64,000 nucleotides of DNA from a virus (taxonomy: Duplodnaviria > Caudoviricetes), in IMG/VR virus record IMGVR_UViG_3300021387_001464, positions 32,001 through 96,000 of that record; one strand, given 5' to 3'. The position numbers and the translations under genes were made by a program. Positions within the stretch are counted from its first letter, which is position 1. Each line of letters begins with the position of its first letter. Positions 9,934-20,298 of the stretch are shown here, piece after piece. The notes under the pieces are model-generated. The model made no database searches and was not told the DNA's origin. It worked only from the letters and a program-made list of their open reading frames with translations.

Positions 9934-10428
9934 ATGAAATGGAAGCAGAAAAGCTGTAAGCAAGCCAACAAGGAAATGGGAAAGTTCGACTACACGCTGT
10001 GGTACGGACCAAGTGAAAGAGATTGCTACCAGGTGCAGGGGCTTATCCGCAACCGCCGCGTGGAGCGCAGGTCGCAGGCAAACTGCCAAGACCGCAACGG
10101 AAATTTTGTGAGCAACGAGCAACTGTGTTTCGGCAGTATTAAGGCTGCTCGGCGATTTGTTGCAAAGCATGCATATTGGCTGATAGAGGACTATCGCTGC
10201 CGCAATGCAGGTCGAACGCCACGGGTGGTGATTGTAATGTCGTGGCGTAGGACAAGAAAGCACAAAATGGTGATTACTCTTCCCGAATATCAGTCAAAGG
10301 ATTTTGTTTGCCGAAAGACTGGCAGGTATGTCACCAAATCGTGTCATGTCATGGCTGGCAGGAAGGAGTCTTGCAAAGAATTGATAGCGGTAGATAAATC
10401 AAGAGACTTAACGATACTTGGCTTATGA
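9934..10428 (+). CDS. Hypothetical basic protein
   Basis: 164-aa ORF after the AAAGGAATACGATTATG leader. Confidence 0.6.
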   Translation: MKWKQKSCKQANKEMGKFDYTLWYGPSERDCYQVQGLIRNRRVERRSQANCQDRNGNFVSNEQLCFGSIKAARRFVAKHAYWLIEDYRCRNAGRTPRVVIVMSWRRTRKHKMVITLPEYQSKDFVCRKTGRYVTKSCHVMAGRKESCKELIAVDKSRDLTILGL

Positions 10429-10775
10429 ACCACGACGAAATTTCACGCCTCTTCAGCGAGGAAGACGTAAAGAATGCTCTCCAACTACCCGACTGGCCTG
10501 CGGGAACGGAGGTGGTGTTCTACTGCCGCTCTACCGACAGTCTCGATGCTATTGAGCAGTTAGCCCGGCAGAGGCTGTGGAAGATTGTGGAATACGTCCA
10601 CATCGACGAACTGCCGATAGCCAATCTCTACAAGCCAGGGCAGGTGGTGCTTGCCAAACGCAATGCGGTGGAGTGGAAGAGAGATTCAACGATGACGAGC
10701 TACAAAGAGTGGCGCAATCAGATGCTTGGCGGCCTGCGTCTGTCGGACTGGGATAAATTCAAAACGAATTATTAA
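10425..10775 (+). CDS. Hypothetical protein
   Basis: 116-aa ORF, ATGA overlap. Confidence 0.65.
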   Translation: MNHDEISRLFSEEDVKNALQLPDWPAGTEVVFYCRSTDSLDAIEQLARQRLWKIVEYVHIDELPIANLYKPGQVVLAKRNAVEWKRDSTMTSYKEWRNQMLGGLRLSDWDKFKTNY

Positions 10776-10787
10776 AATTAAGCAACT

Positions 10788-11207
10788 ATGTACACAATTC
10801 AAGACAAATTAAGTGCTGACGTCAAAGACTATGCACGTTACAAGAAGATGATGGCTGAGATGGGCGAGAGGATCGACCGCGAGGCACGGGAACTGCTCAG
10901 TGAACTTCGGATGGTGAAGGGCTGGGAGTGCATGATTAAGAAATGTGAAGAACATTACGCCAAATATCCTGATAGGTTCTTCGACTGGTGCAGCGTGACC
11001 CATACCGACGATGCCGTGCAGTTCGTAAAAGGGTATTCCGACGGTGAAGAGTATGAGGTGCTTGAAATCAGTTTCCGTAAGTCGCTGAAAGACCAAGTGC
11101 GCGACCGGATGGATTATCTTGCCGAGCAACGCGAGAAGCAGGAGGCTGAAGAGCGAGAAAAGGACTTGATACAAATGGAACGCATCAGAAAAAAGTACGG
11201 ATTGTAA
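10788..11207 (+). CDS. Hypothetical protein
   Basis: 139-aa ORF. Confidence 0.65.
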   Translation: MYTIQDKLSADVKDYARYKKMMAEMGERIDREARELLSELRMVKGWECMIKKCEEHYAKYPDRFFDWCSVTHTDDAVQFVKGYSDGEEYEVLEISFRKSLKDQVRDRMDYLAEQREKQEAEEREKDLIQMERIRKKYGL

Positions 11208-11400
11208 GTACGCCAAAATTGCTCGCTCGACAATATGCAACTCATCAGCGGTGCTGACGGCAACCGCTCTGCCCGCGAGATAAGGCAACGTATGGATGCC
11301 GACAAGCCGAAACTCATAGAGGGACTGCAGCGCATACAGCGGACCTTAGAGATAGCGAGAAATCATCGAAAGAAGTAAAATAATTAAAAGGAATACGACA

Positions 11401-11649
11401 ATGAAATCAGAACTGACATGTAAGATACTGGAGCGTAACGGATTTGTGTATAGTCTGGAGACGGAATCGCTGACGATTACGCACAAGCTGGACTATCAGC
11501 AGGGGACAGTGCGCATCCGTGCCTGCTTCGACTACTTCAATGATAAGTGGATGATTTTCGCGCCGTCGCTCTTGGGCTATGCCTGCACTGTAGAGGAGAT
11601 GAATAAACTACTGAAACGAAACAATATCGACAAGGAGATAAAGGTATGA
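11401..11649 (+). CDS. Hypothetical protein
   Basis: 82-aa ORF after the conserved leader. Confidence 0.6.
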   Translation: MKSELTCKILERNGFVYSLETESLTITHKLDYQQGTVRIRACFDYFNDKWMIFAPSLLGYACTVEEMNKLLKRNNIDKEIKV

Positions 11650-11746
11650 CAGGAGAAGGCTATGTGCTTGACAACTATAAGGGCATCACATACGACAAGT
11701 GCCTGCAGATTCTTAAAGTGTTGAATGTAAAAAGGAAATAACGATT

Positions 11747-12109
11747 ATGGAACAAATGACAAGACGAGAGGCTATCGAGGCCATCAAGGGAATGTTTGAG
11801 ACGAATACGGGTCAGAAAGATAACATATCACAGCTCGTTGAGAACGATAACGACACTGCGACTTTTATGCTCGACAAGCGCAAGTATGAGCGTGACGAGA
11901 TTATCGGAAAACTAAGCGAATATTTCAAGGACGTGAACATCGTGGACGGACTTTGCCACATTAGTGGCATTACGTTCGTGTTTACGACGGTGACGATTGA
12001 AGAGAGGCCAAAGGTGGACGAGTGTGAGGCTGATAGGAGAAAGCTGATGCAGGCCATTAACGGTGAACTTGCAAAAGACGGACTGCATATACCAACTAAG
12101 GAGGACTGA
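11747..12109 (+). CDS. Hypothetical protein
   Basis: 120-aa ORF. Confidence 0.65.
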   Translation: MEQMTRREAIEAIKGMFETNTGQKDNISQLVENDNDTATFMLDKRKYERDEIIGKLSEYFKDVNIVDGLCHISGITFVFTTVTIEERPKVDECEADRRKLMQAINGELAKDGLHIPTKED

Positions 12110-12113
12110 CACA

Positions 12114-12617
12114 ATGAAACAATGCGAACCACTGAAAGAACCACTGTACGCACCGAAAGAGTGTGCTCCATGCCCACCAGGACTTAGAAATCGCAGACGT
12201 ATACCGATGGGACACGTCGGCATACGTTGTCGGCGAGCCTTCGCAGGTGCGTCCGACCTCATTGCCGTTGACGTAAGGACGCAGGAACTGCCCAAGGTGT
12301 TCATACTTCGTGAGCAGTACGACAAACTTGACCCCGCCGTCATCCGTGAGAAGCAGGAGGAGGCGCACTGCATCCTCGTCCCGGTAGAGCGTGACGAAAT
12401 GGACAGGATTCTGCAGGAGGCAGTCGTATATACACCGATGCCCGAAATGCCGAAGCTGCCCGAAACCATTTGGCAGGAGCCTTCACCCTATTACGGAGGC
12501 GCAAACATCGGCAAAGGTCATAAGCACATTGGAGGTCGTCAAGACCCCAAGGACTATGCCAAGAAGAAGAAAGCCAAGCGCCGCCAGCAGAAGCAGGCAA
12601 GGCACAGGAATAAATAA
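12114..12617 (+). CDS. Hypothetical protein with basic C-terminus
   Basis: Start reassigned to ATG 12114. Confidence 0.6.
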   Translation: MKQCEPLKEPLYAPKECAPCPPGLRNRRRIPMGHVGIRCRRAFAGASDLIAVDVRTQELPKVFILREQYDKLDPAVIREKQEEAHCILVPVERDEMDRILQEAVVYTPMPEMPKLPETIWQEPSPYYGGANIGKGHKHIGGRQDPKDYAKKKKAKRRQQKQARHRNK

Positions 12618-12635
12618 CTTTAAAGGAATACGATT

Positions 12636-13298
12636 ATGACAGAACAAAACAAAGACAACCAGCGTCCTGATGCGGTACCTGCATCTTTATCGGTGGGCGC
12701 AGTAGAGCCAAAGTTTAAGAAGGGCGACCATGTGTGGGCCAAGCAGCCGAAAGAGCTGGCAGGGCGCAAGGGCTATGTGATGAACATTGACCCCTTCGGT
12801 ATGAACTACGAAATAAGGTTTGGTACTGAGATATGGATTGTGCAGGAGAGCAACCTCGAACTGGTTGACTCAGCGACGGAGGAAGCCCGTCAGACCATCC
12901 TTGAACGCGAGGACGATGCCGACCAGCCACTCACCGAGCAGGCGGCCTACGATGAGTATCAGGAACGCAGCAAGACGTCGGGCGACCGTGCCGAGCAGCT
13001 GGCATGGGCGATGATTGCACTGCTGGCGGGTCAGCTCATTGGCGGCTCGAAGTATGCGGAGTTCTATGTGCTGGGCGGTACGGCATTGCTCTACCTGCTG
13101 CTGTCGTCCATGCAGTCAGTATGGCAGTCGGTGACTATCTGGCTCGTCAAGTGCAACATCAAGCGCACAGGCATCAAGCTCAACGACTATCCCGACTGGG
13201 TAGGCTTCGGTGCATGGGTGTTCTACTGGCTGAAGATGATCATCATCACCATCGGAGCCATCTACGGCGCAAGCCACTTCATCTCGTTTGCAATGTAA
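12636..13298 (+). CDS. Hypothetical membrane protein with KOW/SH3-like N-terminus
   Basis: FKKGDHV...GRKGYV, then about three hydrophobic segments. Confidence 0.65.
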   Translation: MTEQNKDNQRPDAVPASLSVGAVEPKFKKGDHVWAKQPKELAGRKGYVMNIDPFGMNYEIRFGTEIWIVQESNLELVDSATEEARQTILEREDDADQPLTEQAAYDEYQERSKTSGDRAEQLAWAMIALLAGQLIGGSKYAEFYVLGGTALLYLLLSSMQSVWQSVTIWLVKCNIKRTGIKLNDYPDWVGFGAWVFYWLKMIIITIGAIYGASHFISFAM

Positions 13299-13314
13299 TA
13301 AAAGGAATACGACA

Positions 13315-13599
13315 ATGAAGAAGAAAGTAGAAACCATTATCATCGTATGCGATAGCTGCGGTGAGCATTTCGTCAATGGCGACGGATTCACGTGTTACAC
13401 GGACGATCCCGACGGCGGCATTATGCTGTCGGAGGCTACATCGAGCGAATGGCTTGATATTGACGGGCGGCAATACTGTCCCGACTGCTGGCATTATGAC
13501 GATGACGACAACATCGTGTGCGGGGATGGCCGCAAGTACGACGGCGACACTCACGAACCAGTCATTGAGGGTAACAAACAAAACGACAACGAGCTATGA
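13315..13599 (+). CDS. Small Zn-finger protein (paralog of 6269-6508)
   Basis: CDSC...CPDCW, DDDDNIV..DGRK. Confidence 0.7.
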   Translation: MKKKVETIIIVCDSCGEHFVNGDGFTCYTDDPDGGIMLSEATSSEWLDIDGRQYCPDCWHYDDDDNIVCGDGRKYDGDTHEPVIEGNKQNDNEL

Positions 13600-13734
13600 G
13601 CTATTGCAAGAAGAAAGGCATCGAACCGACGGTATGTTACTGTCTGGCTTGTGAGTATTGCCTGCCACCAGCCGACCGCATCGGTGGACGAATGTGTGAG
13701 AACGAAATAATGGATAAGCAGGAGGACTGACAGT

Positions 13735-14505
13735 ATGATCACAAAGGTGGTAATCAACAACAACGAAGATACACCCATCGAGTATCTGAGCGGACTCGGG
13801 GCGTTCAAGAACGGCAAGACGTATGAGTTCAAGCCTGGCGTGAACATCATCGTCGGCAAGAACGGCTGCGGCAAGACCACGCTGATGAACCTGATAAGGA
13901 AATATCTGCTGGTGGACCTGTCGGAGTGCTCGGCGGGTATGTTCAACAGCAACATCAACGCCGTCTGCTTCGGCCTTGGCGACGACAAGCACATGTATGC
14001 CGGTGCCGACGTGTATGCCGACTATAGGCGCAACACGTTCCGCCTGTGCCATGCGGGGGAGAGGCAGCACAACGACGAGATATTCGAGAACGACCACTCC
14101 ATCAGCGAGTTCCTCGGGCAGCGGGAGTCGTCAACGGGCGAGGGTGTCATCGTGGCACTGAACGCGCTCTTCGCCAGGATGTTCAGCAAGGGCGCACGGC
14201 TGACGTTCGACTACACGCGGTTCAAGGACAACTACAAGCCATATACGGATTACGTTGCCGACCACATCGTCGAGGGCGACGAGTGGACTATCCTGATGGA
14301 CGAGCCCGACAGGAACCTCGACATCGAGAACATCGGGCATATCAAGGCCGTGCTCGACTTCCACAAGCCGCACACGCAGATCATTGCCGTGGTGCATAAC
14401 CCGCTGCTCATCTGCGCCCTCTCGAAGAACCCGGAGGTCAACTTCATCGAAATGACGCGGGGGTATGTGAAGAATATCAGGAAAATGGTAAAGGAGCTGG
14501 TGTGA
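13735..14505 (+). CDS. ABC/AAA-type ATPase
   Basis: Walker A GKNGCGKT, Walker B ILMDEPD, H-loop VVHNP. Confidence 0.85.
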   Translation: MITKVVINNNEDTPIEYLSGLGAFKNGKTYEFKPGVNIIVGKNGCGKTTLMNLIRKYLLVDLSECSAGMFNSNINAVCFGLGDDKHMYAGADVYADYRRNTFRLCHAGERQHNDEIFENDHSISEFLGQRESSTGEGVIVALNALFARMFSKGARLTFDYTRFKDNYKPYTDYVADHIVEGDEWTILMDEPDRNLDIENIGHIKAVLDFHKPHTQIIAVVHNPLLICALSKNPEVNFIEMTRGYVKNIRKMVKELV

Positions 14506-14546
14506 AAATCTGTACTTACGAACCAATAATAGAAGAATAAGGAATT

Positions 14547-14834
14547 ATGAACATCGGACAAGCAATCGTCACTATCCGCAAGGCGCGGAAAATGACACAG
14601 AAGGAACTGGCTGAGCGCTGCGGCATGTCACAGAATGCCCTCGTGGCCATAGAGAAAGACCGCTCGCAGCCGCCAACGGGGACCATGAAGCGGTTACAGG
14701 AGGCACTCGGCGTGCCGCAGTCATACATCCTGCTTTACAGCATCGAGGACTGCGACATCCCCGAAGACAAGTTGAAAACGGCAAAGCATCTGCTGACGCC
14801 ATTGAAGGATTATTTATTAAGAGAGGATTTTTAA
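14547..14834 (+). CDS. XRE-family HTH regulator
   Basis: IRKARKMTQKELAERCGMSQNALVAIEK. Confidence 0.9.
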   Translation: MNIGQAIVTIRKARKMTQKELAERCGMSQNALVAIEKDRSQPPTGTMKRLQEALGVPQSYILLYSIEDCDIPEDKLKTAKHLLTPLKDYLLREDF

Positions 14835-14835
14835 T

Positions 14836-15294
14836 ATGGAACATGTAAATCACCCAAAGCATTATAACAGTCATCCCAATGGGATTGAGTGCATCGACAT
14901 CATCCGTCACTATGTCTGCGACATCGCCAATGCTATCAAATATCTGTGGCGGGCTGGCAAGAAGCAGGAAATGGGCATGGAAGATGCCGAGAAAGAGATT
15001 GAGGACCTAAAGAAGGCCATCTTCTACATCGAGGACTATACGACGAATTGTAGCGGCGAGACGTGTACCGATGTTGCACGGCCTTATACGATGTCGTCGG
15101 TGCGCATGATTACGGGGCATTCTGTAAAGGAAATCTGCGAGGGGTATCACAGCGATATCGCCAAGGCAATAGAACTATTGACAATGGTTGGTCTGATAAA
15201 GGACAACAGAATCGTTCGTGTGTACCACTGGGAACAATACCTTTCGTCAGCAGCGAAGTGCATACAAAAGCGCATCGCAGACCTCGAACACTAA
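14836..15294 (+). CDS. DUF3310-family protein
   Basis: VNHPKHY...IECID...NAIKYLWRAGKK...EDLKKA. Confidence 0.85.
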   Translation: MEHVNHPKHYNSHPNGIECIDIIRHYVCDIANAIKYLWRAGKKQEMGMEDAEKEIEDLKKAIFYIEDYTTNCSGETCTDVARPYTMSSVRMITGHSVKEICEGYHSDIAKAIELLTMVGLIKDNRIVRVYHWEQYLSSAAKCIQKRIADLEH

Positions 15295-15326
15295 ACCCTA
15301 TATATAATAAAAAGGTATAAGACACT

Positions 15327-16103
15327 ATGGCAGCAAATCCATTATACTATGTGCGCCGGCATAGCAATCAGATACTGGCTGAAAACCCGCACATGACACA
15401 GGAACTCTATATGAAGGGCTTTGACCGTGCGAACTCGCTGGTGAATACGATGATCGGCGTTGCCAACGAAGTGGCGCGACTGGCTATCAGTGACGGCATC
15501 GACGCTATCAAGCATGCAGGACTTTACAAACAGAAGACCAAGCAGCTCTGCAACGAGACGTTCCGTCGGCAGGAGCACTACGAGTCTATCCACAACTCTA
15601 ACTTCGGCGACCGCCTGAAGTTGTGGCTCGACTACCTGGACGGCACTGAGGATGAATATCGCAAGCACATCTTTAATATCTATATGGCAGTGAAGATGGC
15701 GCTCGACAAACACAAGCAGACGAACACCGAGTTGAAGGCCAAACTGGAGTGCGGACGTATCTGTGGCGAGTTGGCCGTTGGTCAGTTCGATGCGCTGATG
15801 GACGATATGAAACGAAAGTTTGGCGTTGACTACACGCCGCTGTTCGTAGCAGGCCGCTACACCGACCCATTATATTCGTGGGAGCAGGTATGCGACCTGT
15901 ATGTCAAAACCGACGACCCTGCAGACTATATCGACTTGAACAGCGATGACAACCTGCGACTGGCGGCTGACGTGCTGGCCCGCAAGTTGAACGACTGCGA
16001 ACTACTGAACCGTATTGGCAAACACGCTATCGAAATGAACCTGGAAACGGCAAAGAAGTATGCCTCCGAGGAAGATTTGGAGGAGTTAGGTGTCAAGGAG
16101 TAA
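15327..16103 (+). CDS. Hypothetical protein
   Basis: 258-aa ORF. Confidence 0.75.
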   Translation: MAANPLYYVRRHSNQILAENPHMTQELYMKGFDRANSLVNTMIGVANEVARLAISDGIDAIKHAGLYKQKTKQLCNETFRRQEHYESIHNSNFGDRLKLWLDYLDGTEDEYRKHIFNIYMAVKMALDKHKQTNTELKAKLECGRICGELAVGQFDALMDDMKRKFGVDYTPLFVAGRYTDPLYSWEQVCDLYVKTDDPADYIDLNSDDNLRLAADVLARKLNDCELLNRIGKHAIEMNLETAKKYASEEDLEELGVKE

Positions 16104-16110
16104 TAGAGCG

Positions 16111-16524
16111 ATGAAACACGCAGGATCACGATACAAGGACTTTCCCAGTCTGAAGAAGCGCGGGCTGCGCATACCTGTGCGGCAGGTGGCGGTCATTCAG
16201 ACGTGGCGCACGGACTATGGACCGAAGGGCGAGGAGACACCGTTGCTCACCATCGAACTGCACGGCGCAGCACGGGTGATGGTCGGCAGGGTGGTGGACA
16301 GTTGGTGCGGAATACTCTGCAAGGGCTACACCCTGACGTGGGAGCCGATAGCCTCGCGCCTGAACGGGCGCTGCAGCAGTTCGCTGGTGCTCACCATCGA
16401 CCGCCCCGACCTCCATATTCTCGGTGCCGACGAGTGGGCGCCGCTGCTCAAAGACCGCATGGAGCGCCTGTTTCATTGCCGCGTCACGGTGTTCACCGAC
16501 TACAACCGCTGGCTCAACGCCTGA
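16111..16524 (+). CDS. Hypothetical protein
   Basis: ATG 16111 just after the previous stop. Confidence 0.65.
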   Translation: MKHAGSRYKDFPSLKKRGLRIPVRQVAVIQTWRTDYGPKGEETPLLTIELHGAARVMVGRVVDSWCGILCKGYTLTWEPIASRLNGRCSSSLVLTIDRPDLHILGADEWAPLLKDRMERLFHCRVTVFTDYNRWLNA

Positions 16525-16531
16525 CGATTTT

Positions 16532-16566
16532 TGTCCGCTTACTAAAAACAACTTTTCCTACCTTTG
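16532..16566 (+). promoter_or_regulatory. Putative promoter TGTCCG-N21-TACCTTTG
   Basis: Bacteroidetes -7 TAnnTTTG plus an upstream hexamer, one of six sites with identical spacing. Confidence 0.7.
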
Positions 16567-16585
16567 CTCACAACAAATAGGCGAT

Positions 16586-16852
16586 ATGACAATGATTTAT
16601 ACTCTCAACGAAAAACTACGCTTTGTGCCCTCATGTGGGGTGCAATCGGTGGGTTATCCCCAATCCTGCACGCAGAAATGCACGACTTTTGTGCTGAAAA
16701 GCGTGCGTAGTATTGCACGTAGAAATACACAAACTATGCACGAAACTACGCATCAAACTATGTGCAAACCTATCCACAAACCTAAACGCAAATCTATCGC
16801 CGATTTTGCACGGCATTCTGCACGGAATCTTGCACAGAATAATCATCAATAA
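16586..16852 (+). CDS. Hypothetical protein over a 12-bp periodic region (possibly origin-related)
   Basis: 88-aa ORF with degenerate 12-bp TGCAC-containing units. Confidence 0.4.
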   Translation: MTMIYTLNEKLRFVPSCGVQSVGYPQSCTQKCTTFVLKSVRSIARRNTQTMHETTHQTMCKPIHKPKRKSIADFARHSARNLAQNNHQ

Positions 16853-16874
16853 TAGTATCAAAATATAATGTAAT

Positions 16875-18008
16875 ATGGGACGAAAACGTAACCCTTATAT
16901 CCAGCTGTTCACCCGCGACATATTATCGTCGCCACGATGCCGTGCCTTGTCGGAATCGGCGGCTGGAGTGTACCTCTTTTTACTCTGCCGACTGAACGAG
17001 CCGCCCACCCCTGGTGCCTACCGTATCAGCGACTGGGAACTGCACCCCACATGGAAGCGCTCTAAGACGCAGCAATGCCTTGCAACCCACGATAAATACG
17101 AGCGTTTGCAGTATTTTGCCGCCATGCTGTCGAAGAACGATTTGCCGTGGAAACAGGCCGCTATCCTGGCTGGTCTGCAGGAGCTTTATAAGTATGGTAT
17201 CGTGACCGTCGAGGGTGACATGCTGATACAACCGCGTATGTTTAAGGACAACGGTTTTGAACTGCCTGATTTGGACAATGACGGCGACCCTATTGGCACC
17301 ATTCTCGACGACCCGACGAGCGGGTCTATGGCGCTTAAAGGTGACGATGATTTTACACAAAATAACGGTGCAAATAATGGTGCAGAAAAACGTACCGATT
17401 CAGGTACAAAAAAAGTGCAGGAAAAAGTACACGTTTCTCACGCGCCCGCTACGCGCGCTTTGAGCGTTGAGAATATGAGTAATAATAGTAATAGTAAAGG
17501 TAATAAGGGGGTGCAGGGGGACGCGACCGCCGACGACAATTCGTGCAGAATGCCGTGCAAAAATCCAAAAACGGATAAAGATAACCCTAAACACCAAAAC
17601 GAGGGCGCTAACGGCGTTTTTGATTCCGAGGCGGTAAATTCTACATCTGCGCCACAAAAACCCGTCAGCGAGCCCCAAAATGCCCGCAAACGACCTTCTG
17701 TGGTGGCTGACAATCCCCCGACATTGGAGGATATTCAGGCTTATATGGACGAGCGGGCACAGCAGGGCAAGCCTTTCGTGTATGTCACGGCAGAGAGCTT
17801 CCTCGATGCCTGCGAGCAGAGCGGGTGGCGACTGAAGGACGGTAAGCCGATGATGGACTGGCGGGCTCGTATGCGTACTTTCGAGAACTACCGCAAGGAG
17901 CATGGCGACCGTCCTGTGGCGCAGGGTAGGGTACAGGCGCAGCCCAAGCCTGGCGACCCCGTAGGTGCCACCCCCACGGCGAAGGGTAAGTATAAGAATA
18001 AATGGTAA
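16875..18008 (+). CDS. Putative replication initiator
   Basis: N-terminal PYIQLF..D...LS.SA.GVY..LLC, low-complexity linker, C-terminal PPTLE...GW......M.DW; directly upstream of a DnaC-like ATPase. Confidence 0.75.
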   Translation: MGRKRNPYIQLFTRDILSSPRCRALSESAAGVYLFLLCRLNEPPTPGAYRISDWELHPTWKRSKTQQCLATHDKYERLQYFAAMLSKNDLPWKQAAILAGLQELYKYGIVTVEGDMLIQPRMFKDNGFELPDLDNDGDPIGTILDDPTSGSMALKGDDDFTQNNGANNGAEKRTDSGTKKVQEKVHVSHAPATRALSVENMSNNSNSKGNKGVQGDATADDNSCRMPCKNPKTDKDNPKHQNEGANGVFDSEAVNSTSAPQKPVSEPQNARKRPSVVADNPPTLEDIQAYMDERAQQGKPFVYVTAESFLDACEQSGWRLKDGKPMMDWRARMRTFENYRKEHGDRPVAQGRVQAQPKPGDPVGATPTAKGKYKNKW

Positions 18009-18035
18009 TACGAATATACGCATATAAAGAGGACT

Positions 18036-18788
18036 ATGGCAAACTTACAGAACCATATTGACGACGAAACCCGCAAGGCATTGCAGCAGATAGCCGCCGC
18101 ACAGCACGCTGCCACCGATGCCGCCAAGGCGAAGCGTGACCGCACGGCGATGATGGCCGACGTGATCCGTCAGCAGCGCAAGGGTGGCGGTTTCAAGGGT
18201 GATGCTAAGGTGCGCTGGACGCTGCAGGATGCCGACGTGCTGCTGATGCGTGGACTGGCCTATGCCATCGGTCCTACGGCGCAGTGGTTGCCGGAGTACG
18301 ACCAGGTGGCCGACTGGCTCAGCGACAACCAGGGCAAGGGACTGATGTGTATCGGCGACTGCGGACGTGGAAAAACCATCATCACTCGCGACATCCTGCC
18401 ACTGGTGTTCAAGAACTACATCCAGATACACGATGCCCAGGCCGACTACTGGTTCCACCCCGTATATAGCTACTTTCAGGCGAAGGAGTTGAAGAGCCGC
18501 TGGGACGAGATAGTACGTGGCAAGATTATCTGCATCGACGACGTGGGTACCGAGCCGATTGCGAAGGTGTATGGTGAGACGCACAACTACTTCTCTGAGC
18601 TTGTTGACCTCTGCAACGACCGCGACAAGCTCTTGATATGCTCCACCAACCTGACCCATGCGCAGCTCTTCGGTGGTGAGGAGGACGGCATCGTCTATCC
18701 TGCCCGTTGCGACCAGCGCACCTTCTCGCGGCTGGTGGGCAACACCGTGCGCGTGTATTTTGAAGGAGACGATTTACGAATTAAATAA
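18036..18788 (+). CDS. DnaC/IstB-like helicase-loader ATPase
   Basis: GDCGRGKT, ICIDDVGTE, STNL, G.DLR. Confidence 0.85.
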   Translation: MANLQNHIDDETRKALQQIAAAQHAATDAAKAKRDRTAMMADVIRQQRKGGGFKGDAKVRWTLQDADVLLMRGLAYAIGPTAQWLPEYDQVADWLSDNQGKGLMCIGDCGRGKTIITRDILPLVFKNYIQIHDAQADYWFHPVYSYFQAKELKSRWDEIVRGKIICIDDVGTEPIAKVYGETHNYFSELVDLCNDRDKLLICSTNLTHAQLFGGEEDGIVYPARCDQRTFSRLVGNTVRVYFEGDDLRIK

Positions 18789-18802
18789 AAAACATTAAGA
18801 CT

Positions 18803-19024
18803 ATGATTCATTTCGGAAAAGACCCTCACGAGGACAAGGTGATTATCGAGGTCGGCAATGAAGACCTGCTGCACCTGAAGAATGTGCTGATGGCCATGCC
18901 GCTGCCCGAGCGGCGCGTGTTCCACGGCGTCAAGGAACTGCTGGAGACCGACAAGGCGCTCCGCAAGTACATCGACCCACAAATGACAAGGAAAGGAGAC
19001 AATGACAATGGTAAAGGCGAATAA
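18803..19024 (+). CDS. Hypothetical protein
   Basis: 73-aa ORF. Confidence 0.6.
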   Translation: MIHFGKDPHEDKVIIEVGNEDLLHLKNVLMAMPLPERRVFHGVKELLETDKALRKYIDPQMTRKGDNDNGKGE

Positions 19025-19181
19025 ATTGTGTCGGGGCGAGCACTGCCCCAGCCGTGTCCAGTGCATCCACTATCTGCAGTATATCACCAGCACCGAGGCA
19101 GCGCCCTCGATAGCCCACTGCACCGACGGCAAACTGTTCGAGCGTGACCCGAAGAACGTGCATCCGCAACATCGCCGTTAA
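19002..19181 (+). CDS. Small Cys-rich protein (59 aa)
   Basis: Read by hand: LCRGEHCPSRVQCIHY...HCTDG. Confidence 0.5.
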   Translation: MTMVKANKLCRGEHCPSRVQCIHYLQYITSTEAAPSIAHCTDGKLFERDPKNVHPQHRR

Positions 19182-19249
19182 GGACTACGAATTTCACGAA
19201 TTGAACGAATTGGTTTTTACGACAACAGATTACACGGATTACACGGATT

Positions 19250-20188
19250 ATGACAATAGGACTGATAGACGTTGACGGGCATAACTTCCCGAACCTCGCA
19301 CTGATGAAGCTGTCGGCTTACCACAAGTCGATGGGCGACACGGTGGAGTGGTACGGCATCTTTGGCGAGTACGACCGGGTGTATATGGCAAAGGTATTCA
19401 CACATACTCCCGACTACAACACGGTCATACCGAACGCAAAGGAGATTGTGCGGGGCGGTACTGGCTACGACATCAAGAGCCGACTGCCAGAACAGGCAGA
19501 GAAGATAGTGCCAGACTACTCGCTCTATCCGTACATCGACAGCAAGACCGCTTACGGGTTCCTTACAAGGGGTTGCATCCGCAAGTGCCCTTGGTGTATC
19601 GTGCCGAAGAAAGAGGGCAGCGTCTATCCCTATCAAGACGTAGAGGATATTGCCGTTGACGGACGTTCACGGCTCATACTGATGGACAACAATATCCTTG
19701 CCCTGCGCGACTATGCCGAAGAGCAGTTTGTAAAAATCATCAAGAACGGCTACCGCGTAGATTTCAACCAAGGTCTTGATGCAAGGCTGGTGGACGATGA
19801 TATGGCGAAGATGCTGGCATCTATGAAATGGATAAAGGCCATCCGCTTCGGCTGCGACACTCCCAAGCAGGTCGAGGAATGTGACGTCGTGATAGATAAG
19901 TTGCGCACCTACGGCTTCAATGACGAGGTGTTGCTCTACACGATGATATACGGCGATATCAACGAATGCTTTGAGCGCATCAACCATTGGCGCGACCCCA
20001 AGTATCGGACGCTGGTAGTCTGTCAGGCCCAACCTCAGTTAGACTTTACAACCACTAAGCAGAACATTCCACAGTGGCAAAAGGATATGGCGCATTGGGC
20101 AAACAAGCGTTGGCTGTACTTCGCCGACGATTTCCATAATTTCAGTCCCCGCAAGGGCTTCCGATGCAGGGAATACTTTAATTCGTGA
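19250..20188 (+). CDS. Phage radical SAM protein
   Basis: TRGCIRKCPWC, DNN, DFNQGLDAR; N-terminal FPNLALMKLSAYHK. Confidence 0.88.
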   Translation: MTIGLIDVDGHNFPNLALMKLSAYHKSMGDTVEWYGIFGEYDRVYMAKVFTHTPDYNTVIPNAKEIVRGGTGYDIKSRLPEQAEKIVPDYSLYPYIDSKTAYGFLTRGCIRKCPWCIVPKKEGSVYPYQDVEDIAVDGRSRLILMDNNILALRDYAEEQFVKIIKNGYRVDFNQGLDARLVDDDMAKMLASMKWIKAIRFGCDTPKQVEECDVVIDKLRTYGFNDEVLLYTMIYGDINECFERINHWRDPKYRTLVVCQAQPQLDFTTTKQNIPQWQKDMAHWANKRWLYFADDFHNFSPRKGFRCREYFNS

Positions 20189-20298
20189 AATTCGTGTAAT
20201 TCGTGGTCGAAAAAGAACAATCCGTTCCATCCGTGCCATCCGTGTTCAAAAATAAATAAAACAACCCAAATATTCACTTATTAAACATTTTCAAAACA

